DNA of 53,194 bases from Planctomycetota bacterium (GTDB taxonomy: Bacteria; Planctomycetota; Planctomycetia; Pirellulales; UBA1268). Shown piece after piece: positions 37,449-45,709 of this stretch. The first letter of the stretch is position 1; each line of letters opens with the position of its first letter. Both the position numbers and the translations under genes were made by a program. The DNA is taken from the NCBI GenBank assembly GCA_037133115.1, contig JBAXOU010000002.1, forward strand, positions 1 through 53,194, in the 5' to 3' direction. The notes under the pieces were generated by a model. The model saw nothing but the letters and a program-made list of their open reading frames with translations, was not told the DNA's origin and ran no database searches.

Positions 37449-38237
37449 TCACTTGCTGGCGACCGTCCGAACCGCCTTCACCGTCGAGGCGGAGGCATCG
37501 GGGGTCGGCTCAGCGGCACACGGCGCACAGCCCGTGCCCGCACCACAAGCCGGCTCCGCACCGCACGCCGGCTCGCAGCAGCCGTTGCCGGCCGAGCAGT
37601 CGGGCTCACCACCGCAGCAGCTGGTGCCGCAGCAGCTCTTGCGAGCGTGCTTGGCCTTCAGGTGGGCGATGATGCCCATGAGGTGATGCTTCTTCTTCCG
37701 GACACCGCAGCACGAAGCCGCACCGCAGCTGGGCTCGCAGCAGCCAGCACCAGCGTCGCAGGCCGGCTCGGCACAGCCGTTGCCGGCTCCGCAAGCAGGC
37801 TCAGCGCAACCGTTGCCAGCACCGCAAGCCGGCTCGCAGCAACCGTTCCCAGCGTCACAGCCGGGCTCGGTGCAGCTGCCGCAGCAGCTGTGCTTCCGCT
37901 TGCACTTCGCGAACAGGCCCTTCAGGCCACCGAACAGGTCATGCTTCTTCCGGACACCGCAGCACGAAGCCGCACCGCAGCTCGGCTCGCAGCAACCCGC
38001 ACCAGCGTCGCAGGCCGGCTCGGCACAGCCGTTGCCGGCTCCGCAAGCAGGTTCCGCACAGCCGTTGCCGGCACCGCAGCCGGGCTCGCAGCAGCCAGCA
38101 CCGGCATCGCAGCCGGGCTCACAGCACGAAGCACAGCCCTTGCAGCCGAGCATCCGATCGAGGAGCTCGAAACCGAAAGACTGGCTACAAACGGTGACGC
38201 CGAGAACCAGCGCACCGAGATACATCATACGCTTCAT
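37449..38237 (-). CDS. Secreted, extremely Cys-rich repetitive protein (262 aa)
   Basis: Start MKRMMYLGALVLGVTVCSQSFG (AGGAG about 10 nt upstream). There are ~46 Cys by my count, in reiterated GCCEP[AGS]CGAGNGCAEPAC units. Two ~80-aa super-repeats are separated by Lys/His-rich linkers (VRKKHDLFGGLKGLFAKCKRKH, VRKKKHHLMGIIAHLKAKHARK). Confidence 0.75.
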   Translation of the reverse strand: MKRMMYLGALVLGVTVCSQSFGFELLDRMLGCKGCASCCEPGCDAGAGCCEPGCGAGNGCAEPACGAGNGCAEPACDAGAGCCEPSCGAASCCGVRKKHDLFGGLKGLFAKCKRKHSCCGSCTEPGCDAGNGCCEPACGAGNGCAEPACGAGNGCAEPACDAGAGCCEPSCGAASCCGVRKKKHHLMGIIAHLKAKHARKSCCGTSCCGGEPDCSAGNGCCEPACGAEPACGAGTGCAPCAAEPTPDASASTVKAVRTVASK

Positions 38238-38663
38238 CGAGCCACATCTCCTTTGATTATGGATCACCGGTGTGGTCGTCCCGCTCGCGACGGTGTCACC
38301 CCGAGGTTGTGATCCACTACTCTCTGCGGCAGGCCTGTCGAGCCATTCCGTGACTCGAGGGATCTTCAGGTTACTGCCGCCCCCTGGTTGCCCGACGGGC
38401 ACAGTGATGCCCCGGGGGACACGGGGGCTATCGGCGGCCACGATCGACGCTCTTGAACGGTGCCCAAGTTTTTTGTCCTGCGCCACTTGCCCTTGCGCAT
38501 CGCGGTGAGATTGCGGCGTAAGCCGCTTCGGCGAGGCCTGCGGCGCAGGGCTGCGGGACCGTCAAGGTCTCGCGTCAGGGTCATCCCTAACCGGCAAGGT
38601 TTGCCACCCGTGGTGCCACTCCGTGGGAAACTCTGCGGCCGGAGGATGGGTGGCGCGATTTGT

Positions 38664-38691
38664 TTGACAGGCTTTGCCCGACCCCTACACT
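38664..38691 (+). promoter_or_regulatory. Sigma70-like promoter for the riboswitch operon
   Basis: TTGACA (38664-38669), a 16-nt spacer, then TACACT (38686-38691), ~12 nt before the riboswitch P1 helix. Confidence 0.5.
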
Positions 38692-38702
38692 TTGCCTTCG
38701 AC

Positions 38703-38896
38703 TCTGGTGGCCGGCCGCGCGAACGCTCACGCGACCGGCAAACAGGGAACTCCGGTGCAAATCCGGGACGGCCCCGCCGCTGTGACCAGGCGACGAGGTC
38801 GGCCGCTTCAGGCCATTGCGGGATGCGCGAACGACGCGCGTGTCCGTGAGAAGGCATGCGGCCGACGAAGTCTGGAAGTCAGAAGACCTACCAGGT
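38703..38896 (+). promoter_or_regulatory. Cobalamin (B12) riboswitch
   Basis: Core AAACAGGGAACTCCGGTGCAAATCCGGGACGGCCCCGCCGCTGTGACC, the GAGAAGGC element and the B12-box-like GAAGTCAGAAGACCTACCAG. P1 pairs CTGGTGG with CCTACCAG. Confidence 0.85.
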
Positions 38897-39043
38897 GTCA
38901 TGGGTTCGTTGGACCGCGAGGGCGGGAAGGCGGACACGGCCGCCCGCGGCCGTTCGAATATTCGGGTCGTCTCCCCTGGAACGGGATGCCGTGCGCCCGC
39001 GTGGCCGCTTCGAGGCGGCGCGTGCGCGTGGTCATCGCCTTGC

Positions 39044-39865
39044 ATGGCCGCACCAATCCACCAGCCCCACTCCGGTCGAGGCATGACGCTCATCGAGCTG
39101 CTCGTGGTGGTTGCGGTCATCGCCGGCCTCACGGCGATCCTGCTGCCGGCCGTGCAGACGGCCCGAGAGGCTGCTCGGCGGATCGGCTGCCTCAACAACC
39201 TCCGGCACATCGGCTGTGCCCTCCACGGCCACTTGCTCACGCGGCGGGCGTTTCCGGTGGGATGCGCCGAGTGGCGGTCGCCCGGCAAGGCCGGCTCCGA
39301 GCGGTGCCTGGCGTGGAGCAGCCGTATCCTTCCGTGGCTCGAGGAACAGGCGGTGGCCGACCGGATCGATTTCGACAAGCCGTTCGACCATCCCGTCAAT
39401 GCGACCGCCGCCGCGACGGCGCTTGGTATCTACCGCTGCCCGTCGGCCGACCGGCCCGATCTCCTCGTGGCGGGCCTGGGCCGCAGCGATTACGGCGGGG
39501 TCACGGGTGAGCGGATCACCTCCCCCAACAACCCGGAGAAGGGCGGGATGATCCACGACCGTGCCTTCTCCCCGCGCGAGATCCCCGACGGCCTCGCGCA
39601 CACCGTGCTCGTCGGTGAGTGCGCGGCCGGCAGTTGGCCCGACGGGCAGTGGATCAACGGCCGCAACCTCTTCGACCAGGCCTACGCCGTGAACTGGCCG
39701 ACATGGGAGGATGAGCTTCGCAGTCGTCACCCCGGCGGTGGGCATGCCCTCTTTGGTGATGGATCCGTCCGCCTGCTCGGAGAATCGCTCGACACTCGAG
39801 TTCTCGCCGCCGCCTGCACGCGGGCCGGCGGTGAGTCGCTCCCGGTCGCGGGGACCACGCCATGA
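39044..39865 (+). CDS. Short DUF1559 protein (prepilin-type N-terminus, H-X9-DG)
   Basis: MAAPIHQPHSGRG|[33 protein letters not shown], then a C-terminal RSRHPGGGHALFGDGSVR. The start is uncertain: 38900, 39044 and 39083 are all in frame, and 39044 gives a normal-length leader. Confidence 0.85.
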   Translation: MAAPIHQPHSGRGMTLIELLVVVAVIAGLTAILLPAVQTAREAARRIGCLNNLRHIGCALHGHLLTRRAFPVGCAEWRSPGKAGSERCLAWSSRILPWLEEQAVADRIDFDKPFDHPVNATAAATALGIYRCPSADRPDLLVAGLGRSDYGGVTGERITSPNNPEKGGMIHDRAFSPREIPDGLAHTVLVGECAAGSWPDGQWINGRNLFDQAYAVNWPTWEDELRSRHPGGGHALFGDGSVRLLGESLDTRVLAAACTRAGGESLPVAGTTP

Positions 39866-40021
39866 CGCGACCCGCTCTTCGTCAGCCCGGAGGTGCCGCT
39901 ACTCGCGAATGACACTCGTGACCGCCGCTGCCGCGGAGGTCAAGACCACGTCGTCGCGCCGGGTGCTCGCCACCCGACGCGGGTAGCCGCCTCCCCTCTG
40001 GTTGATTTGGAGAGTCCACTC

Positions 40022-40846
40022 ATGCGTATCGCACCCGTCCGTCCGTTCGTCGTTCTGCTCGCCTGTCTCGTCTTCCTCGTGCCGTCGACGCTTTGCAAGG
40101 CGGCGGTGATCGACTTCGAGAATCTCCCGGTCCCACCGTCGGGCTTCTTCAATGGCGATCCCGGCACCCTCGCGCCCGGTCAGTTCGTGGACACGCCCTG
40201 GACGTCCGGAGGCGCAGCGTTTGCCAACATGTTCGGCATCGACAGCTACGGGGGCTTCGACTACCCCTACTGGTACGGCTTCGCCTACTCAAACGTGGTC
40301 AACACGACCGACCCGGCCTTCGAGAACCAATACGCCTCCTATCCGGGCGGTGGGTTCGGCTCGAGCACCTACGCCGTCGCGTATTCCGAGGCGGCGGTTC
40401 TGACGCTTCCTGTGGCGACCACGGTCTCCGGCTTCCAGATCGCCAACACCACCTATGCCGCGCTGACGATGAAGAACGGCGACCAATACGGTTTCTCGGC
40501 CCCGCTCCCCGCGGGCGGTTGGTTCTCCACCACGGCCACCGGCAGGCTCGGCGGCACCACCACCGGATCCGTGACGTTCTACCTGGCAGACCTCCGCAGC
40601 GGTTCATCGCCCGGCGTGATTGCCGCCTGGTCGTGGTTCGACCTCACGTCGCTGGGAACGGTCGATCGGATCGAGTTCTCGTTCGACGGTTCCGACAAGG
40701 GGACGTTCGGGCTCAACACGCCTGCGTACTTCGCGATGGACGATTTCACGGTAACCGCCGTACCGGAGCCGACGTCGCTCGCGGCGGCGTTGGCGACCGT
40801 CGCCTACGGCCTGCGGCAACTTCGGAGTCGACGCCGCCATGCGTGA
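40022..40846 (+). CDS. DUF4465-like secreted protein with a PEP-CTERM anchor
   Basis: Signal peptide MRIAPVRPFVVLLACLVFLVPSTLCKA. YWYGFAYSNVVNTTDPAFENQYASYPGGGFGSSTYAVAY and NTPAYFAMDDF resemble DUF4465. The C-terminus VPEPTSLAAALATVAYGLRQLRSRRR is a PEP-CTERM sorting signal. Confidence 0.75.
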   Translation: MRIAPVRPFVVLLACLVFLVPSTLCKAAVIDFENLPVPPSGFFNGDPGTLAPGQFVDTPWTSGGAAFANMFGIDSYGGFDYPYWYGFAYSNVVNTTDPAFENQYASYPGGGFGSSTYAVAYSEAAVLTLPVATTVSGFQIANTTYAALTMKNGDQYGFSAPLPAGGWFSTTATGRLGGTTTGSVTFYLADLRSGSSPGVIAAWSWFDLTSLGTVDRIEFSFDGSDKGTFGLNTPAYFAMDDFTVTAVPEPTSLAAALATVAYGLRQLRSRRRHA

Positions 40847-41678
40847 GGCCGAGCGGACGGCGGAGCAGGCGGCGGCGATCGACCACAACCGCCGCGCCTG
40901 GGACCGCCTGGCGGCCGAGGGCGTGCCACTTGCGCGGCCGGCGACGGATGAAGCGTTTGGCGACCCGCGCGGCTGGCTGGGCTCGGCGGGCAGCGCCGCC
41001 CGTCCATGGCTACCAGCGCGGCTTGATGGTCTCGAAGTACTCTGTCTCGCCGCTGGCGGCGGTAAGCACGGTCCGCTCTACGCGGCCGCCGGGGCACGAG
41101 TGACGGTGCTCGACGTCTCCCCCGCGATGCTCGCGCTCGACCGTGCCGTGGCTCGCGAGCGGCGGATCGACCTCGAGATCATCGAGGGCTCGATGGACGA
41201 CCTCGCGATGCTCGCCACCGCCCGGTTCGACCTGGTGATCCATCCCGTGAGCACCTGCTATCTGCCCGATGTGTCGGTGGTCTTTCGCGAGGTGGCGCGG
41301 GTGACGCGAGCGAACGGACTCTACGTGAGCCAGCACAAGTCGCCGGCGAGCCTGCAGGCGGGGATCGTCCCCAACGACCGCGGCCGCTATGAACTGGAGC
41401 ATCCTCAGCAGTCCGGCATTCTGCTGCCGGCGATGCCTCCGTCGCGGCTCCGCGAGGCGGGCACTCGCGAGTACGTCCATTCCCTGAGGAGTCTTCTCGG
41501 TGGCATCTGCCAGGCGGGGTTCACGATCGAGGACGTGGCCGAACCCGACCACGCCCTGCCTTCCGCAGCGGTCGGCAGCACGGCCCACCGCGCGGCCTTC
41601 CTGCCCCCGTACCTCCGCGTTCTCGCCCGCCGCACGGCCGAAGGCCGGCCCACCGGGGCCATCGTGCTGGTAGACTGA
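40839..41678 (+). CDS. Class I SAM-dependent methyltransferase
   Basis: Motif I VLCLAAGGGKHGPLYAAAGARVTVLDVSPAML. An 8-nt overlap with the upstream gene supports co-transcription. Confidence 0.75.
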   Translation: MREAERTAEQAAAIDHNRRAWDRLAAEGVPLARPATDEAFGDPRGWLGSAGSAARPWLPARLDGLEVLCLAAGGGKHGPLYAAAGARVTVLDVSPAMLALDRAVARERRIDLEIIEGSMDDLAMLATARFDLVIHPVSTCYLPDVSVVFREVARVTRANGLYVSQHKSPASLQAGIVPNDRGRYELEHPQQSGILLPAMPPSRLREAGTREYVHSLRSLLGGICQAGFTIEDVAEPDHALPSAAVGSTAHRAAFLPPYLRVLARRTAEGRPTGAIVLVD

Positions 41679-41685
41679 TCGCATC

Positions 41686-41973
41686 ATGATCTGCCTCACT
41701 ATTCTTCTCACGGCCAAAGACGCGGCCGACATCCCGCTGCTCCGCGACCTGCTTGCTCAGGCAATGCGGAAGAGCCGCGGCGAGCCGGGCTGCCTGCGGT
41801 TCGACGTCTACCACTCCACCGCAGAGCCGCGGCGGTTCACGCTCGTCGAGCATTGGGCCGACCAGGCGGCGATCGACGCCCACCGGCTCGCCGAAGCCTA
41901 CACCACGATCTACAAGCCGCAGGTGATGCCGCTCGTCGACCGCGAGGGGCATCCGAGCACTCTTGTGGAATGA
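41686..41973 (+). CDS. ABM-domain (antibiotic biosynthesis monooxygenase-like) protein
   Basis: 95 aa. GCLRFDVYHSTAEPRRFTLVEHWADQAAIDAH is the typical ABM/dimeric alpha-beta barrel pattern. Confidence 0.7.
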   Translation: MICLTILLTAKDAADIPLLRDLLAQAMRKSRGEPGCLRFDVYHSTAEPRRFTLVEHWADQAAIDAHRLAEAYTTIYKPQVMPLVDREGHPSTLVE

Positions 41974-41983
41974 ATTCGGTGCG

Positions 41984-42580
41984 ATGATTCTCCTCATCGA
42001 CAACTACGATTCGTTTACCTGGAACCTCGTCCAGCGAATCGGCGAGATCGCGCCCGGCACGGCCGTCGAGGTGTATCGCAACGACCGGATCACAGGCGAC
42101 GAGATCGCCGCGAAGGCTCCGAGCCACCTGGTGATCTCGCCCGGGCCCTGCACTCCCGACGAGGCGGGAATCTCCTGCGACGTGGTCCGGCGGTTCGCAG
42201 GCCGGATGCCGATCCTCGGCGTCTGCCTCGGTCACCAGTCGATCGGGCAGGTGTTCGGCGGCACGATCGTGCGGGCCAAGCAGCTCATGCACGGCAAGGT
42301 CGATCGCATTGCGCATACGGGCAGCGGGCTGTTCGCGGGCCTCAGCTCACCGATCGAGGCCACGCGCTACCACAGCCTCGTGATCGACCCGCCCACGCTC
42401 CCCAAGGACTTCGAGGTGGATGCCTGGGCGGCGGCGCCCGACGGCTCGCGGGAGATCATGGCGATCCGCCACAAGACGCTCCCGATCTTCGGCGTGCAGT
42501 TCCATCCGGAGAGTTTTCTGACGCCCGCCGGCTACGACCTGCTGCGGGCTTTCCTCCGGACGAGCACCGTCGCTGCATGA
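41984..42580 (+). CDS. Class I glutamine amidotransferase, anthranilate/aminodeoxychorismate synthase component II
   Basis: MILLIDNYDSFTWNLVQ, GVCLGHQ and FGVQFHPES. TrpG and PabA cannot be told apart from the sequence. Confidence 0.9.
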   Translation: MILLIDNYDSFTWNLVQRIGEIAPGTAVEVYRNDRITGDEIAAKAPSHLVISPGPCTPDEAGISCDVVRRFAGRMPILGVCLGHQSIGQVFGGTIVRAKQLMHGKVDRIAHTGSGLFAGLSSPIEATRYHSLVIDPPTLPKDFEVDAWAAAPDGSREIMAIRHKTLPIFGVQFHPESFLTPAGYDLLRAFLRTSTVAA

Positions 42581-43836
42581 TCGACCTCACCGACGCGATC
42601 GGGCTGGTGGAGCAGACCGCCAGTCCGCTGCCGCCACGTCGCCAGCGGCTCCTCGATGCGGCGGGCAGGCGACTTGTCGAGCCCGTGGTCGCCGACGTCG
42701 ATTCGCCACCGTGGGACCGGGCGATGATGGACGGCTTCGCGATCCGCTCGATCGACGTGGCTGATCGGGCCGGCGACGTCATCGAACTCGAGGTGGTCGC
42801 CGACCTCGCGGCAGGCGACGTGACCACGCGGCCGATTCCTGCAGGCGGCTGCGCGCGAATCATGACCGGCGCCCCGATCCCACCCGGCGCCGACGCGGTG
42901 GTGCCGGTGGAGTCGGCGGTGGACGACACGGCGGCCGCGCACGCCGGCCACCGCGTGCGATTCCGGGAGCCGAGATTCCGTGTGGGGCAGCACGTTGGCA
43001 TTCGCGGCGCAGCCTTTCGGGCCGGGACGCCCGTGCTTCCGGCGGGCGCGATCCTCACACCCGCCGCCATTGGCTTGGCCGCCGAAGCCGGCGCCACGCA
43101 CGTGGTGGCGGTGCCGCGGCCGCGGGTGGCGATTCTCTCCACCGGCAGCGAACTGGTGCCCGTGGATGTGGTGCCAGCACACGGCCAGACGCGGAACTCG
43201 AACGGCCCGATGATCGCAGCGGCGGTCGCGGCCTGTGGCGGCGAGCCGATCCAGCTGGGTATCGCGGTCGATCGCCCCGAGGCGATCCGCGCGGCGGTGA
43301 TGCAGGGCCTTGCGGCCGACGTGCTCGTGCTCTCGGGAGGCGTGTCGGCGGGCGATCTCGACCTCGTGCCAGCGATCTTCGCCGCCTGCGGCGTGGAGCG
43401 GGTGTTCCACAAGGTGCGGCTCAAGCCCGGCAAGCCGGTCTGGTGCGGCCGGCTCGACCGAGGACTCGGCCAGCCGCCGGCGGTCGTCTTCGGCCTGCCA
43501 GGCAATCCGGCGAGCAGCCTCGTCTGCTTCGAGCTCTTCGTGCGGCCGGCGATCGCGATCCTCGCCGGGCTGCCCCGCGATCGCTGGCATCTCCCGCGAT
43601 GCCGCGGCGTGCTGACAGCGGCGGCGAAGGCCGCGGCGGATCGGCCTGTCTACCTGCCATGCCGCATCACGCGGGCCGGTGCACGGCTCGATGTGACGCC
43701 GCTGCCATGGACCGGCTCCTCAGACATGGTCGGCCTCGCGGTGGCCGATGGACTCGTCGCCCTGCCGGCCGGGGCGAAGGCCGAGCCCGGTACCGACGTC
43801 GAGGTGCTGGAGTTTGCGAGCGGCTCGATCGAGTAA
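42577..43836 (+). CDS. moeA: Molybdopterin molybdotransferase
   Basis: SPPWDRAMMDGFAIRS, IMTGAPIPPGADAVVPVE and LVLSGGVSAGDLD. ATGA overlap with the upstream gene. Confidence 0.9.
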   Translation: MIDLTDAIGLVEQTASPLPPRRQRLLDAAGRRLVEPVVADVDSPPWDRAMMDGFAIRSIDVADRAGDVIELEVVADLAAGDVTTRPIPAGGCARIMTGAPIPPGADAVVPVESAVDDTAAAHAGHRVRFREPRFRVGQHVGIRGAAFRAGTPVLPAGAILTPAAIGLAAEAGATHVVAVPRPRVAILSTGSELVPVDVVPAHGQTRNSNGPMIAAAVAACGGEPIQLGIAVDRPEAIRAAVMQGLAADVLVLSGGVSAGDLDLVPAIFAACGVERVFHKVRLKPGKPVWCGRLDRGLGQPPAVVFGLPGNPASSLVCFELFVRPAIAILAGLPRDRWHLPRCRGVLTAAAKAAADRPVYLPCRITRAGARLDVTPLPWTGSSDMVGLAVADGLVALPAGAKAEPGTDVEVLEFASGSIE

Positions 43837-43892
43837 ATCGTGCAGGCGAGTTCCCGTGAGCGTCACCGCGGGCTGTGTGTGGTGCGCCGCGA

Positions 43893-44025
43893 GGGGCTGC
43901 CCGCGCCCCGTCGCCGGACGCTCGCTACGGCCCTCCAGAGCCTCCGCTCGCTCGATGCTGACTTCGCTCCGCCATCCATGGCTCCGCTCGTCAGCAACGC
44001 CGGCTCCTGGGGCACGGGCAGCCCC
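43893..44025. repeat. ~130-bp hairpin repeat, family 1, copy C
   Basis: GGGGCTGCCCGCGCCCCG...CTGGGGCACGGGCAGCCCC closing stem. The interior GATGCTGACTTCGCTCCGCCATCCATGGCTCCGCTCGTCAGCAAC matches the other copies. Confidence 0.85.
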
Positions 44026-44045
44026 TCGCTCCGTCCACGCTTCTC

Positions 44046-44070
44046 GTAGCAGAGGTTGTCAACCTGAGCG
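44046..44070. repeat. GTAGC-AGGTTGTCAACCT palindrome family copy
   Basis: GTAGCAGAGGTTGTCAACCTGAGCG. The core palindrome is intact and the outer arms are degenerate. Confidence 0.7.
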
Positions 44071-44108
44071 TGTCCCCAGAGACGTCAGCCGAACCGCGTG
44101 CGCGGCCG

Positions 44109-44206
44109 CCGTCCAAGCCCAACGCCGTGAGGCGTGGGGCAAACCATCACAGGGTGCGGCGTCCAGCACGGTTCGCCCGCGGCCTCACGGCCGGCCGGCT
44201 TTCACG
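44109..44206 (-). repeat. Repeat family 2, inverted copy
   Basis: CCGTCCAAGCCCAACGCCGTGAGGCGTGGGG ... GTTCGCCCGCGGCCTCACGGCCGGCCGGCTTTCACG is the reverse complement of the ends of 29644..29740. The middle part has diverged. Confidence 0.65.
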
Positions 44207-44250
44207 TGCCGTGCACTCAAATGCGAGGATCAAGTGCGAGCCGTATTCGT

Positions 44251-44652
44251 TCAGCCCGGCACGCTACGGTGGAAGTGCACGTGCTTCCAGCCGTTTTTCA
44301 TGCGAACCCAGACCCGCGTTTCCTCGCCGCTCGACACCACCGGGCTGCCGGAGGCATCGAGCTTCTGCACCAGCCGCACGTAGCAGACCACGGCGACGTC
44401 GTCTCCGAGCATCTTCACGACCGGTGAGGCGAGCGTCGTGGTGACGTGCGACGGGCCCTGCGGCTTTCCGGCGGCCAGATCGAAATAGAATTTGTGGAAG
44501 GGCATGCCCTCGACGAGTTGCCCCTTCGCCTCGGGCTCGAAGCAGGTGATGTCGTCGGCGACGAGTTCCTGATAGGTCTTCCAGTCGGCCGCGGCGACGG
44601 CGTCGAGCAGGCGGCGGGTGACGGCGAGCACTTCCTCGGCAGGCGTGGGCAT
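44251..44652 (-). CDS. NTF2-fold protein resembling the CaMKII association domain / DUF4440
   Basis: DWKTYQELVADDITCFEPEAKGQLVEGMPFHKFYF ... ETRVWVRMKNGWKHVHFHRS closely follows the CaMKII-AD pattern. Confidence 0.7.
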   Translation of the reverse strand: MPTPAEEVLAVTRRLLDAVAAADWKTYQELVADDITCFEPEAKGQLVEGMPFHKFYFDLAAGKPQGPSHVTTTLASPVVKMLGDDVAVVCYVRLVQKLDASGSPVVSSGEETRVWVRMKNGWKHVHFHRSVPG

Positions 44653-44673
44653 CGATAACTCCGTGCGGGGGTG

Positions 44674-45624
44674 TCAGGCGGGGCGGGCGACGAGGCCGAG
44701 AGAAACGAGCTTGTCGAGGCACTCGTCCCGCTCGCGGCAGCGGGCCAGATCCTTCCACGACGGATCCTGGGCGGCAAGGAAGGCGTCGTGATTCGCCGGG
44801 AATCCACGCGATCCGGCCTGGGCCACGAGCCGGCCGATCAGTTCGCGGTCGAGCCGCGTGAGCCGCATCGCCTCCACGCGGTAGTCGAGAAACGCCTCCC
44901 AGACGAGTGGGAAGAGCGGCTTCACGATGTCGTTGCCGATCGTCTCGGCATAGCGGCGAATCTCGACTTGGGCGTGCGTGTCCATCCTCAGGGCGAGGAA
45001 GTGGAGCAGGTTGTGCAGGTCGATCTTCCAGTAGGCCTCGGTGTAGGTGGAGAGCGGCAGGTCCTTGCGGGCCTGCTCGCGGGCGATGCCCGCCTCGAGC
45101 CGCTCCTCGTAGATCTTGCGGGCGAAGCTCTGCAGTTCGTGCTCGGCCTGCGTGAGTGTGCCGCCCACGTCGGCCGACATGACGCCGGAGGAACCCTGGC
45201 GATTGTTCGTCGCCTGGCTCCGCCACTCGTCGTCGCCGGTCGCCTGCATCGAGTCGATCGCAAGCGAGTAGCGGGTGGAGTATTCGTTGACGCTCGCGGT
45301 GCGATGCCGGATCCACTGCCGCCAGCAGTCCATCGGCACGCGGACCACAAACTTGATCTCCGCCATCTCGAACGGCGTGGTGTGGGCGTGCCGGAGGAGG
45401 TAACGGATCAGCTGGCGGTCGTCGCTCACCTGCCGGGTGCCTTCGCCGTAGCTCACTCGAGCGGCCTGCACCACCGACCCGTCGTCGCCCATCACGTCGA
45501 CCAGGGCCACGAAGCCATCGTCGAGGACGGGAAACTTTTTCCAGCGGAGAGCTTCAACGGCCGCGGTGCGAGCGGAGGCGGTCGGGGCACCAGCGGAGGC
45601 GGTCGGTGTGTCGGGAGCGTTCAT
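44674..45624 (-). CDS. thyX: FAD-dependent thymidylate synthase
   Basis: ThyX motif RHRTASVNEYSTRYS, preceded by RHAHTTPFEMAE. The start was trimmed to MNAPDTP (ATG at 45624). Confidence 0.9.
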   Translation of the reverse strand: MNAPDTPTASAGAPTASARTAAVEALRWKKFPVLDDGFVALVDVMGDDGSVVQAARVSYGEGTRQVSDDRQLIRYLLRHAHTTPFEMAEIKFVVRVPMDCWRQWIRHRTASVNEYSTRYSLAIDSMQATGDDEWRSQATNNRQGSSGVMSADVGGTLTQAEHELQSFARKIYEERLEAGIAREQARKDLPLSTYTEAYWKIDLHNLLHFLALRMDTHAQVEIRRYAETIGNDIVKPLFPLVWEAFLDYRVEAMRLTRLDRELIGRLVAQAGSRGFPANHDAFLAAQDPSWKDLARCRERDECLDKLVSLGLVARPA

Positions 45625-45709
45625 GGCCGGCGATCCTGCGGGGCGGGAGAGTCCCACAGAATGCGGCAGCACGCCGGCCCGGTCAATCGGCTCCCGGCAA
45701 TCCCGGCTG

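Noticed and set aside
38600-38620. Sigma54-like TGGCAC-N5-GTGGC on the minus strand upstream of the Cys-rich gene
   Set aside because: The -12 element does not match TTGC, and the site is ~370 nt from the start codon, so support is too weak.
42456-43590. 349-aa and 352-aa minus-strand ORFs
   Set aside because: Both are antisense to moeA and to the amidotransferase gene.
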